Below, one piece after another: positions 47,782-60,584 of a stretch of 64,000 nt of DNA. The translations under genes and the position numbers were made by a program. The stretch is from Camelus dromedarius (taxonomy: Eukaryota), in assembly GCF_036321535.1 (NCBI RefSeq), contig NC_087467.1:14074001-14138000 (forward strand), in the 5' to 3' direction. Numbering within the stretch: position 1 is the stretch's first letter; each line of letters begins with the position of its first letter. Under the pieces are notes generated by a model. That model was given only the letters and a program-made list of their open reading frames with translations. It made no database searches and had not been told where the DNA came from.

Positions 47782-50700
47782 TACAACCAGTTTCACAGAA
47801 GAATGCTCATCATTACAACAAATGTTTTCTGTTAAATTAGATTAATGCTGATTCCAACTCATTAAATTGATTTCGTAACCTGCGGATGAGTGAAACCCCT
47901 AGTTGCTGTCGAATTGGTGCCACGTCTGTCTAAGGCTGTTCGGTCAGCAGAATTTGTATGAAAACTGCAGGTGTGGTTTAGTCTTTTTGGCCTTCAGGGA
48001 AAGTACAGTTTTCTGTATTTCTGTTGCTTCAGTCTGTCTCCTACCACCTCCTGTCTCACTGGGTGTGAGAGTTAGTCGCAGTGTCATGAGTTTGTTCAGG
48101 CTAGTGACCAATAATCGTCTAGTTTATGCCTAAAGCAAGCATTCTGTCTGAATGGAGACTAACCATTCTCTTAAACGATAGAAATATTGGCTTGTACCTG
48201 TCATGCTTAGAAAGATACTCTGTTTCTGTAGAGGAATGATTTTACTTTTATTTTTAGGTGCAGGACTGTTTGTACAAATAAATACTTAGGCTGAATTGTA
48301 AATAAAAGCAAATAAAAGCAGAGCTGTTTGGGTAGAAAGGGTATACCACAGGATGTTTTCAAACTTGTATCCCTAGAAGTTACTGAATAAAGTCACAGAA
48401 AGATCAGCAAGGGAGATAATATTTTGGGAAAATGTTTTCTGCTGAGGTTTTATCAGAGACTAACATCCTACAGGAACACATATAACGTGGACTGAGGAGC
48501 AGTCATGTGGCACTTGGAGGCCTTGTTCTTGGGCTCTGTCGTGGCCCCCCCTCTCGTGGGCAGCAGGAACAGTCAAGGTGTAAGTGTTGAGCAACCACAG
48601 AGATTAAAGCACAGTGTATTCTTGAGAGAGAAATGTAAGTAACATCACTAGAATAAAAATTTTAAAAGTAATTTTTGGTATCGACCCCTCCAATATCTGC
48701 CTCCTACCTCCCAAAAGATAATAGATCAAAAATGGGAAAATGTTAGTATCCATAGATTTTATTATATACTTCATAATGAAGGCACTTTAAAAAAAAATCC
48801 CCCGCTGCACTTTTGTGATTCTGTTGTGCTTAATGATCCAAACACTTCAGGTCCTTTCGGTGCGGGTAAATCTCAGTCAGAGAAGCTACACACATACCCT
48901 TCAGCTGACTCTTCCTGTAGCTTCACATTCCCAGTATCTTAATTTCATAATAATAAGTCTTTAAAGTAGCGGAGGAAATGTGATCATGGAAACAGCTTTT
49001 CGTGATGTCTCTGTCGGCTTGAGCACACCAGGTGAGAGTGGGCGTGTGAGCGTCCTGCTGGAAACCGCCCACGTCCACACTCAGCTGGGGTCTGGTCCCC
49101 ACTTTTTCAAAAATCAATGCCCCTCATTTATGGTGGTATAATTCTATGGCCGAGTATCATTGTTTGGAAGACATGCTTTTTAAGAGCTCGTGATAGGTGC
49201 ATATCTGGCAGGCATGGTCTCATGTGATTCCTTCCTCATCAGGAAGGAACGTCAGTGTCTTCTTCAGGCGGGCGTCATCCTGGGCCTCAGTGCCCAGCCG
49301 CACCTCCTCCGGCCGGGCTCACCTTGCCCATCCTCCTCCACTGGCACATACGTACACATTTTCCTTTGCTTTTTTCTAGAAAAGAATATAGAGACTTAGA
49401 TTTCCAAAACTAATGACACCCTTTTTTCTCCCAATCTGTTTTGGACAGGATTATGTTACCCATAATTATGTTGGGTTATACTATGTGAAATGAATACTGT
49501 CCATAACTGGAATTCAATCCTAAATCTTTGTGTGATTGAAGCATTTACCAGACAGATTCCCAGCTCAGAGTGAATACTGATATCCAGTAGTCGTTTGAAT
49601 TTTTTGTTCCTTACTTCTTTACTCCCATTGTCCTTTGGTTAAAGGACTCTAATCTCTTAATCCATTGTCCTCTGTTTCCCGTATTTTCTTTCCCCTCTTC
49701 TCTCCCATCCCTTTAGGATTTTTCAGCAGGACTCACTCAGAGGCTAGGCCTTGGGTGTCCATCCTTAGTGACTTTGGAAACCAGGGCCAGCAGCAGGGTG
49801 AGGCAGCGAGGTATCCAGGCCCAAAATTGGAGAAGGCATCTGCCCCCAAGGCCATATGTGGTATCTTGGAGTCATAGAATATCAGTGTTGGATTATTATA
49901 AGAGATGATGAAGATCTGTTATATTACAACATTTTCACTTTAAAAACTCGGTGTTTGTATCACTCTTACAGGCATCCAGTAGAGCCAAATTCTGTAGAGA
50001 TTTGAATTTAAGAGTTGAAAACATTGTAGTTCCATTTGCTCCTTTTGACTCTTTTCTTTTCCATATTTACTGTAGACTAGTATCTTGACCAAATTTTTTC
50101 ATCTTTGAAGGTCTTTTATTGATTACCTTATCATACTTTGCTGTCACAAAAATACATATAAAAATTTGAATTTAAAAATTTATATTCTATAGCTGTAAGA
50201 CTTCAGTACTACAGGTTTCAAGTTATTCTTACAGATACTACCATATGAGTGATCAAAATAACATGTAACATTTTATCTTTTATGTTACATTTTCATAAAT
50301 TTTATCCATAAAATGGATTTTTTTCACTTGTATTTAGATAACTGAGAATGAATATCATATTTTGCTAGAATGAGACAACAATTTTCAGCAACAATTATGT
50401 TCTTATTTTTAATAGATTCAAGGATTAAGAAACCTCGCTCATATTAATAGACAGATAGGAGTAGGAGGTCTGTAGGGTTTTTTTTTTTAAATATCATTCG
50501 GTTCTTTAACCTTTTCTCAGCTGTATGCCAAAAATCAGGTGGTAATATATTACCTATCAAAAATAATTGTTTTTGATCCAACAGTTGACAACTCGGTTAG
50601 GACTTCTTCAACATTATTGGAAATAACATTGGAGAACTCTAACTTACAGAAGGTTTTGTTGCCCTCTGTTGGACTCATAGGCATCTGAGTCCCTGGGAAG

Positions 50701-51409
50701 CGTACCCGAGAAGCTTTACCAGGGCTCTCAACTTCAATTCCTGTTAATGTGTCTTCTCACTCAGACATACCTTGCAGTGTTGAGAAGGGGTTGAGAAAAT
50801 TGAAACATTCTTCACTGAAACACCTTGCCAATATAATGTTTTTTCATGAAATGCTTTTATCTGTCCATGAGTTTTAATTTCGTTCCCTCCAAACCTCAGC
50901 TTCAGCTCATTCCCTTGAAGCAGAACGCCTGCCACATAACCTTAGAGCCAGATGCATCCCGGGTCCGCTCACTGTCAGGACTGTGATGTTATTTTGGGTT
51001 CAGATAAACATGTTGGTATATGTTACTGTGACAACTGTCCCATTCTTGAATTCTAAATATAAGACAGATACAGCTCTAGTTAAGATTTGGAGCTTTGCCA
51101 GAACTGTACATTATAAATACTCACTTGAAGAGACAGGAGGCAGAGGAAGCAAAGTAATTAAACAAAATGTGTCATCTCTACCACCTCATTCTACAGTGAT
51201 CTGAAGTCAGAATATCCCAACGTGGGAGAAATGGCCAGAACACCCCGCTTCTAATGTCAGGTCTTTCTCTAAAATGAAGCAGAGAAATCAGGGAGCCCTC
51301 CTACAGAGTAATAATGCCTTGCTTAAAAGAGGTTTTGTAGATACCAGTATTAATTTTCTGAACCTCCCTTCACTTGGTGCCCTGAAGGTTTTTACACTTG
51401 AGCAAGACT

Positions 51410-51600
51410 CCTGTACTCTGATATTTAGGATCATATAAGGGGTGTCTTCGTCCCTCCCCAATAAAAGAAGGGCATTTGTAAAAAGAGAATTGGGAAAAGA
51501 GCAATAGCATGATGTCCAGTGCAGGTGCGCTCTTGGGGCTGCCCATTCTTAGGTAGGAGTGCATTTGTAGGGCGAGCACCTGGAAGTCCATTTCCTGAAA
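51410..51600 (-). mobile_element. Possible old ERVL/MaLR-type LTR fragment
   Basis: Reverse complement has an LTR-like U3/R-U5 flavour (gaatgggcagccccaagag...ctctttttacaaatgcccttcttttattggg); family not identified. Confidence 0.3.
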
Positions 51601-54004
51601 GCGCACATATCAGCTGGACGGCCATTGGCTACCTTGAGTGAGTGCAGCGTGGAGACTGTGGATCTCGTCCACGAGTCCAGCCACGGCTTCAGTTGCTCTG
51701 GCACATTCCCACCCAGAGGTTGTCGGGCAGGAGGACATGGCCTCCCAACTCAGGAAATACTCAGCTGCTAGACAAGGAAGAATAGGAAAGGAATATCTGT
51801 TTATCTTTTTCCTCAAAGCTTTTCATGTCTTTTTCGACCTGTTTTTACTACTGGTTGCACCCCGGTTCCCAAAGTGTGGTTCAGTTCACAGGCAGACACC
51901 CCCCGCTTTCCCTTCTGGGAGTTGTGTCCCCTGGGCTGGTCTGTGAGAGCCGAGGAACAGTGGTGTAACCAACAGCGAAAGGCACGAGGCAGCAGGCTTC
52001 TTCACGCTGCTGCTCACCCAGAGGAGTCCTAGGAGGGCTGTCCTATGAGGTCTTGGTGTGACTGCTGTGGGCGTGGTCAGGGAGATTCAGATGGCGGGGA
52101 CCTCTTGTGGAGGGGGTGCTGAGTAGCACATCTCTGGTGGCTGTGGGAGGTAGGGCTGGTGTGCAGGAAGGATCCGGTGCCAGCCTCACGTTGCAGAAGG
52201 CACATCCGAGGAGCAGAGCCAAGACGCTGCCAGTAGCGGACTGTCAGTGAAGAGCCTGGCAGCCTTACAAGAGCTTGGGTTGCACTCCTGGCTGACTTAG
52301 CTTAAGACCTAAGCTGAGCTTTTATCTCTAACCCAGGTCTTAAATGTTTGCACACTTGGACATTACGATGCTAGGCGTTACATATATAAAGTATTTTTCA
52401 TTTCAGGTGGGATCAAACTGCGCCTTGCCCTTGGGTGGTTCATATAGTGCTCAAGTGACAGAGTGGCCTTTTCTCGCTCTTTTTTTTCCTTCTCAGTTTG
52501 TCAGCTGATGAGCAGCTGCAATTAAGAGTTTCTTCAGTTTCATCATTGGTTGCTATTAATTTGCATGGATAAATTTAAACTTTGCTTTTAGCTGGGTCAC
52601 AAGGTAGAATTGCCTGGCATAAATACTTAATTTTTCCAGCTGACTGAAGCTCTCCATGATAAAAGTAATTCTAGCTCATGTTTCTTCCTGAAACTTGACC
52701 TTCATCATATGCATTGTTGCTTTTCCTGTTACTGGAATACATGCAGCACTAATTAGTTCTGTACAATATCTAGAGAACCCAATACTAAACTTAATTGTAT
52801 TTTAAGTAAAAAATGGTGTCTCTGTGAATTTCCAGGAGGGAAGTACAGTTTGTATCACTTGAGTTTCTCATTACATATCCAGGAAAGTGTAGATTTTAGC
52901 AATTATAATAATCGTAAGATTATTTAATAATAATTACAAACTGACAGACGCAATGAAACTGCAAGTCCATTGCTTTATTTTAAATAACATGTTAGACTCT
53001 TCTGAGCAAAGCTGTTTTTATGGGATCTGGACCTATGCGTGTATATGTCCTCTCAGGGGTTTTTCTTCCCCTCCCACTCCCTGTCTGTTACCTGGGCCAG
53101 AAGCGTGCCTTTTTATTTCCTTGAATGCTTATGTTCTGAGTTACTAAAAGAAGCAGGATGGTGGTTAAATTATTCTAGATTACAAAATTGTATTCAAAGA
53201 ACCTCTTAGAATTTGGGGAGCTTTTCAAATGGTGAAAAAATAGTCTTCCCATTAAATTGACTGTAAAACCATGTCCTTTGTGCCTTGTTGTCCAGAGTGG
53301 GTACCATACACTTCTTCATTGACTTGCTAACTCATATGAAGTCTAGTTAACTGGTGTTGAGCAGCCAGTGGCCAGGAAACACTTGACTGCCCCGTTCTTG
53401 CCTGTATATTTTCTCAGGGGGTGTATATGAGGGTATAGCAATGTATACAGCGTCACTTTAGAGACGGAAGATGGAGTCCCCAGGCCGGGGTTCATTTGAT
53501 CCGCCGTAATCACAGAAGGGCTGAGGTGCAGTGTCACACCCCAGCACCTCGTTTATACCCTCAACAAGTGTTTAACAGTCATTCTAGTGTTTGGGGCGGG
53601 GGAATCCAGAGTCAAACTTACAGGTAAAGTTCTTTATTCCTTTAATGAATAAATCCTTTAAATTCCTTTAAAATAAATCCCACCCTGCGGTTGTGCACAA
53701 CAGAGTGCATGTGGAAAACAAGAGCTGAGCCAGAAATGGCACAGTTTATGCCACATACTAGTCAGGGGCCAGAGTTCATGTCACCACCGAGCGAACCCTG
53801 CCACCTGACAGTCGGATGGGACCTCTGGCCCGGGTGAGAGCCCCCACAGTGGAGGCTACAGAGATGCCCCCTTGGAACTCGTCAGCCACGCTGCGCTCGT
53901 AGCTGCTTTGCAGCTCGGCTGCCCGTGCGACAGCATGAGGTACCAGCCCTTGAAGCCGCCTGGCCTGTGCGCAGACTTGGGGGACGGGCGCTCTGAGTGT
54001 CTTA

Positions 54005-54165
54005 GTAATAGTAATGATCACAGCCAGCATTTATTGCTCCTGAACACATGCATGGTGCTGTTCTAAGTGTTTGGTGTGAATGAATTCATCTGATTCTTAC
54101 AAGCCCTGTGAGGTACAGAGTGAAGTCCCCACTTTGGGGAGAGGGGAGGGACTCTGAGACAAGCA
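54005..54165 (-). mobile_element. MIR SINE
   Basis: agtaatgatcacagccagcatttattgctcc...gttctaagtgttt...cttacaagccctgtgaggtac...ccccacttt. Confidence 0.75.
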
Positions 54166-54224
54166 CTAGGTAGCAAGGGGCCTTTGCTCTCAGAGCCCAT
54201 TCTTTCCTTTCCTTTTTTTCCTTT

Positions 54225-54400
54225 TTTCTTTTAAAAATTGGGGTAAAATACACATCATACCAATTGGACCATTTTTAAGTGGGCAGGTCAGTGGCACATG
54301 CATAGTCACATCTGGCTGCCGTCACCACCGTCCACCCGCAGAGCTCTTCCCCTCTCACAGGACTGACGCTCCGTATCCGTTAACCAGGTACAGATTCTGG
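54225..54400 (-). mobile_element. L1MB-like 3'-end fragment
   Basis: aaaattggggtaaaatacacatca...accatttttaagtgggcaggtcagtggcacatgcatagtcacat. Confidence 0.65.
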
Positions 54401-54601
54401 TACTTCTGGAGCTGGAAGAGGCGGGAAATTGATGAGTTACAGTTGAGGAGGAGAGACTTGAACTGGGCCTTGAAATCCTACTGGGTGGGATATACAACAG
54501 TTAAGGGAAGAGAGCAGGGCATTCTAGGTCAGGGCTGGCTATAAAAAGGCTTTTGATCAGTGTCTGGCACCTAGTAGGTGCTAAATTAAAATTGTTTGAA
54601 A

Positions 54602-54844
54602 CTTTTTTTTTTGAAGTATAGTTGATTTACAGTGTTGTGTTAGATTCTAGTGTACAGCAGAGTGATTCAGTTATACATACATATATATATTCTTTTTCAT
54701 ATTCTTTTCCATTATGATTTATTACAGGATACTGAATATAATTCCCTGTGCTGTACACCATAGGACCTTGTCATTTATCTGTTTTATATATCGTAGTTTA
54801 TATCTGCTAATCCCAAACTCCTAATTTATCCCTCTCCCACCCCC
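54602..54844 (-). mobile_element. 5'-truncated cetartiodactyl L1 3' end with probable TSD CTAAATTAAAAT (54581-54592 and 54844-54855)
   Basis: ttttttgaagtatagttgatttacagtgttgtgttag...cccaaactcctaatttatccctctcccacccc; 12-bp exact flanking repeat, 18/21 if extended. Confidence 0.85.
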
Positions 54845-54944
54845 TAAATTAAAATATTTTCAAAAGATATTTTGAAACAATTTTATTTCTATATGCATAT
54901 TTTATATAGCAGTTGCTTTAGAAGAGATGATCTTGGTGGGTTTT

Positions 54945-55945
54945 TTTTTTAAGGTTTAACTGACAAATATTTAAAGTATACATCAAGATGTATATTGTAA
55001 AAGGATTCCCCCATCAAGTTGATTAACACATCCATCCCCTCATATATTTGTCTTTTTTTTTTTCGGTGAGAACATTTAAGTTCTACACTGTCAGCAAATT
55101 TCATTAATACAAGACAGTGTTATCAGCTGTGGTAATGTCACCCTGTTCTACAGACCTAATTCATCTTAAAGCTGTACGTTTATACTCATACCAACTTCTC
55201 CATGTTCTTCTCCACCCTGAAGCCCCTGGCAACAATCTTCTGTGTTTCTATTGGTTTGACTTTTTTTTTTTTTTTTTCAAGGTTCACACACATGTGATAC
55301 CGTGCAGTTTATCTTTGTCTGGTTTATTTCACTTACGATAAGGCCCTACAGGTTCGTCCATGCTGTCACAAATGCTGGATTTCCTTCTTTGGAAGGCTGA
55401 GTAGTATTCATACATATATATATTCATGCACATGTGTATATATATACCCCCCACGTTCTCGTGATCCATTCATCTGTTGATGGATACTTAGGTTGTTTCC
55501 ATTGTATGTTCTTGGCTCCTCTGTCAAAAATTAATTGACCATAATGCATAGATTTATTTCTGGATTTATTTTAATTATTTCTGTTGCTATTTTGTTCATT
55601 GTTTTCTGGCTGTTTTGCAATCCGTTTGTTCCTTTACTCTTGCTTTCGTCCTTTGTGATGTGATTTTTCTGTACTTAGTATGCTTTGTTTCCTTTTCCTG
55701 TATCTTGTGTACCTACGGTAGGTTTTTTGCTTTGTAGTTACCTTGAGGCTTACATAAAACATCTTATAGTTAGAATAGCCTATTTTAAGCCGATAACAAA
55801 TTTACTTCAAACATATACAAATACTTCACATTTTTATACTCCTTGCCATTTTTTGTTTTTGGTGTTACAGTTTATATCTTTTTACATAGTGTATCCATTA
55901 ACAAATTACTGTACTTATAATTATTTTTAATACTGTTGTCTTTTC
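54945..55945 (-). mobile_element. L1MA-type 3' end joined to more internal L1 pieces
   Basis: gattccccccatcaagttgattaacacatcc...ggtgagaacatttaagttctac...tggatacttaggttgtttccattgtatgttcttggctcctctgtcaaaaattaattgacc. Confidence 0.8.
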
Positions 55946-55954
55946 ATCTTCATG

Positions 55955-56260
55955 CTAAAGTTGTAAGTGACCTGCTCAGCACCATTGCATTTGGGTATTC
56001 TTCAATTAAGTATCTGTTTGAAAAAGAGTGAACAGAACTGAATGGACAGATTGGAAATAGTGCCTGTCCCTTTGATGTGAAAAGCAAATCTAACTTCCAA
56101 GCAGCACTGGTAGGAGTACAGATTGATGAAGGCTTTTGGAAGGCACTCAGCTTGGTAGTAACTAAAAATTTTAAATGAGCACACACCTTTGACCCAGAAA
56201 CCCCACTTAACAGAAGTTTACTCTAGAACCATATTTGCTCATGTTCTAAAAGATACAATT
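55955..56260 (+). mobile_element. Old L1ME ORF2-end fragment
   Basis: gcactggtaggagtacagattgatgaaggcttttggaaggca...cacacacctttgacccagaaacccca. Confidence 0.6.
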
Positions 56261-56304
56261 AAATAGTTCATGGTATATCTATATAGACTTTAAAAAAAAA
56301 ATTA

Positions 56305-56520
56305 GCAAGTACATATAGCGGTTCCTTATGTGCCCAGAACTGACGTAAGTGTTGTGCAGCTATTAGGCTTACAACAAGGCCTTGTGGTAGATTATATCAT
56401 ATATGCTGTTATGTTAGCACCATGTCATGGAGAAGGAAACTGGCAGAGTTTAACTTGGCCACAATCACACAGTTAGTAAATGACAAAGCTCACAGAGGAA
56501 CTCAGTCTGGTTCTGAGGTC
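56305..56520 (-). mobile_element. MIR SINE
   Basis: ccttatgtgcccagaactga...catggagaaggaaactggcagagtttaacttggccacaatcacacagttagtaaatgaca. Confidence 0.8.
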
Positions 56521-57789
56521 TTTTGTTTACACAATGCAGCAATGACAAAGGACTTGATGGACTCAGTGAGGTGCCATCCATGTGTGTAAGCAGCCACGAC
56601 CCAGTAACAGCAAAAAAAGACAAACAATGAGTCAATACATGGAGTAGATCCCATGCATTAAAAAATATCCAGTAAGATGTGTGTGTGTACGCACACGGGT
56701 GTGAAAATACACAGCAGTGTGGCCCAAACTGTTGGTGGTACTTTGCCTCTGATAAGAAGAGTATTTGTGTGTTTTACTTCCATTATTGAGAATTATGTAT
56801 TCCTCTGTTAGCTTTTTTTTTAAGGAAAAAAAACCAATGAAGATAATTTTTAAGTAGAAGGAAAGCCTGAGACATCTCAGTAAAGACAAGCCTTGGCAGC
56901 CCCAGCTCCCTTAACTTGGCCCCAGCAGTGAAGTTCTGCAGTTCCCGAGATATCAGGGTGTATATAGTGGAGCTTTGTTTTCTTTATCGTTTTGTACATT
57001 CCTTTTCCTCCTGTCCTCCCGTGAGGCAGCAATAAACCTACCATTTCTTTTACCTAGATTGAGCTGCTACATGTCTGTCTGTGTTCTGCAGTACTTTATG
57101 ATAATCAGCTCTTGTTTGTTTGTTTTTTTTTAATACATTCTGGTTATAGTTTTGTGGGGGTTACTTTATTTTCAGTTGTGCAGTTTGGTAAGAATGTGAA
57201 TGTTTGGGGAGGGGGAAAGTCAGAACTAAGACAGGTGGCATTCAACCTGGATGGCGCCTTGCAAATGTTCCCCGACCATGTGAACGAACCATCAGCAGGC
57301 TTTGTGAAACATAATCTTATTCCCACAGGGAAGGTAAATAATGGTACGTGGAAGTTCGGGAAGACCATCAGAATATTCCAGAGAAAACCAAGATAAGTTT
57401 GTTACCTAATGAATTTTTTTTAAAGCTCTCATGGTGCTCTTATTTGCTGGCAGGATAAGGTAAACAGAGTTGAAAGGTTTCTCTTCTGGTCCAGAGACCC
57501 CTGCCCAATCATCAGATTATCTTTGGAAGTCTACTATGATTATGTCATTCCAGCAGACAGAATTTAAAACCTCTTCTGTGAAATACACAATAGTCTTCTA
57601 GTACCCCAGTTCACAATGTATAGTAGATTTGGTGTGCTCAGAAAACCTCGATGTTCTCAGTCAGAAATAGCCTGAAATTTCTTAGGAAAAATATCTACAA
57701 AAATGGTATCTGTGGTGCTTCTTAGAAACTACTATGAAGATTTTTGGTCTCTGTGTGCCATCACCTTTATGTGCCATATCTGATCTAAG

Positions 57790-57930
57790 GCAGACTTACT
57801 CATCCTCCTCACCTCATTGCTCTCCAGTTGGTCGCGAGCTCCTCGAAGCCAAGGAGAATGTTTGAGTAGTCTTTGTATTTCCTTCAAGGCCTAGAACAAT
57901 ATACTCCATCCATATTGTTAGGTGTTCTGG
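57790..57930 (+). mobile_element. L2 3' end
   Basis: gagctcctcgaagccaaggagaatgtttg...tttgtatttccttcaaggcctagaacaat...tattgttaggtgttc. Confidence 0.55.
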
Positions 57931-58081
57931 AAAGATTTGTGAAGCTGAACTGATCCTAATTAAATTTCATGGGCTGCTGTTTTCCACGACTTCCTTTGCA
58001 GGAACATGTTACATAAAGGCGGCCGCAGAGGAGCTTGCTGTGTGTGTTGGACATCACAGTTTCCATTTTCTCGTTAACTAG

Positions 58082-58216
58082 GAACTCTCCAAGATCACCA
58101 TGCCAGTTATATTTAATGAGCCTTTGAGCTTCCTTCAGCGACTCACTGAGTATATGGAGCACACATACCTCATCCACAAGGCCAGTTCTCTTGCTGATCC
58201 TGTGGAAAGGATGCAG
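58082..58216 (+). CDS. OSBPL1A: OSBPL1A coding exon (~19), 135 nt: ELSKITMPVIFNEPLSFLQRLTEYMEHTYLIHKASSLADPVERMQ
   Basis: Acceptor ttttctcgttaactag|GAA, donor CAG|gtatgt; OSBP motif MPVIFNEPLSFLQRL. Confidence 0.97.
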
Positions 58217-59205
58217 GTATGTGTCAGGCAAGCACTTGAAAAGGTTTAAGTCTTAGAAAGACTTCTCTGCCACCTCTCTCCTACCCCCCACCCCAACACA
58301 CAAACACAAAATTCATGTTGAGTCCATTGTGAGGTTGGGAAATGGTATTAAAACGTAATCAGCATGTTTGGAGCGTCCTCTGTGTTCCTCCCCCCGCCAC
58401 CCTGTGGTCAGAGTGCCGCCATAATGGAAAGACCAGTGAGAATTCCAAGAGAAGCAAAACGTGGTCCAAAACCAAACCCAGATGCTGGTGAGCTGTTTCT
58501 GAGTCTTCATTTTAGAAAATATCATTGTGTTCGAGGTAGAGAAAATTCAACCTTTGTTTCAGACCCTTTCAGAGTGTTTCCAGGAAGGAATGAATGTACA
58601 TACACACATAAATATGTGTATTTATGCACATGTGTGTTTATAAATAGACACATAACTGCTATAGGTTAAAACAAGACAACCAGGAATTGCACTTAATTTT
58701 GTTTTGAGGAGAAGATGTTTATGCGATGTAAATGGATGGGGAGAGTAGAGTAGATTTCCTTCAAACAAAGCGATAGCATTCTAAGTGGAGTCTTTCTGTT
58801 CTTTCATTTATATAAATCAACTTTTCCCAACCTCACTGGACTTGATACCAATTTTAGTTTTATATCTTTGCCCCTTTCCTAAAAGGTTGTACTTTTTAGA
58901 AATTTTAAAGGAATTAAGAGTAATTTGGGCTTTGGGAGTTTTTTTAAGTCCTTGAGAGAAGTTGTAGCACTCTCGAGGTGTTACAAAAACCGTGGTTGGG
59001 AATGACCGATAGGAAGAGACTCAGTTTGCATTGTGAATGTCCACATTTACTTGTTAAGTTGCTTATTAAGCCAAGGCAAAAATACAAATTAATTAAATGC
59101 CTCAAAATTGTTTTGTAAATTACTGTCTTCAGCAAAATTTCAGTTGCATAAAGATGAGGCGCAAGCTGGGCTATTTTTAACTTCTCCTAATGCTCTCTCG
59201 CACAG

Positions 59206-59303
59206 TGTGTGGCTGCATTCGCTGTGTCCGCTGTTGCTTCTCAGTGGGAACGCACTGGAAAGCCTTTCAACCCACTTCTGGGAGAGACTTACGAGTTAGT
59301 TCG
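59206..59303 (+). CDS. OSBPL1A: OSBPL1A coding exon (~20), 98 nt: CVAAFAVSAVASQWERTGKPFNPLLGETYELV(R)
   Basis: Acceptor ctctctcgcacag|TGT, donor CG|gtaagc; KPFNPLLGETYEL OSBP motif. Confidence 0.97.
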
Positions 59304-60158
59304 GTAAGCTCTTTCACTCTATTCCAGGCAGGTAGTTGAATCTGCATAATTTATGTAGCTTTCCAGATAAAAATGTTATGTTTTCATTTGAAAATACATT
59401 TTTTGAGCATTACCAACATTTTGGATGACTGGAGAAAGCTAACAATTTTAATGCTTGTTTCTATGGTACTTACTGTTTTAGAGACTATATAAAAATATGG
59501 AAACATTTTAAAATGAACCGTTATTAATAGTAATGATAAGAATGTCAGTATTCTGATCATGTGGGATCAGTTATCATCCTTTTCTCCTTTTGTAGACCAG
59601 AAGACATGATTTTTTTCTTAATATATAAAATATATTAGCATAAACGTATACTGTTGGCAGAAAGGCAGTGACTTTATCTGCGGGTGCAGTTCTGGCTGCC
59701 CGTTGTAGCTTGCTTCTTTCCACACAATTAGGGAATTTATTTGACTTTAGTTTTTCTGAGTCTTCCTCTTCCCTCCACAAGTTTTGGTCTCATTCATTCC
59801 CTAGATGTTTGAAAGAAGGGGACACATTAGATTCTTCTATCTTAATATAAATGGAATGATAAGTTTTAAATTTCCACAGCTAATATGGTCAATTCATGAA
59901 AATCACCCCTGTTCACATGAGTGCTACTTAATATGTTTAAGTAGTGAGATTTCTCATAGCACTGGAGTTAGGGTTGCATTCCTGCAGGTCTCATATGTTG
60001 TTCTTTAGTCATCAGGATGATAACAGAATTGTTTACTTTGTGAAATCTGTCTCCTTAATAATACTGTAACTGCTTTTTGACTGAAATGACAATAATGTAC
60101 ACATTCTATGAAAGAGTTAATTACAGTGTTGCCTTTTTTTTTTTTTTTTAACCTCAAG

Positions 60159-60341
60159 AGATGACCTTGGTTTCAGACTCATCTCCGAGCAGGTCAGCCA
60201 TCACCCACCTATTAGTGCATTTCATGCTGAAGGATTAAACAATGATTTCATCTTTCATGGCTCAATTTATCCCAAACTGAAGTTCTGGGGGAAGAGTGTA
60301 GAAGCGGAACCCAAAGGAACCATCACGTTGGAGCTCCTTGA
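60159..60341 (+). CDS. OSBPL1A: OSBPL1A coding exon (~21), 183 nt: (R)DDLGFRLISEQVSHHPPISAFHAEGLNNDFIFHGSIYPKLKFWGKSVEAEPKGTITLELL(E)
   Basis: Acceptor polyT-aacctcaag|A, donor GA|gtgagt; OSBP signature EQVSHHPP at 60187-60210. Confidence 0.98.
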
Positions 60342-60584
60342 GTGAGTTGCAGTCAAGACTTTAACTTTTTTCCTGTGTACCTGCTCATAAGTACATACAC
60401 GTGCACACAGACCCGGCCTTGTTCAAAAGCTGGAGAAAAAGAAACCACTTTTACAAAGTGTAAGTTACCTGCCTTCATGTAAAAGAATTTGAGAGCCTGG
60501 CAGGAGCCACTGTTAATCAGCCTAGATGTATATGTAAAAAGTTTAACTTGATGTTCCACTGTGGTGTGTGTTTGGATCTGTTTT

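Noticed and set aside
57956-58231. Minus-strand ORF over exon 19
   Set aside because: Antisense shadow of real coding sequence
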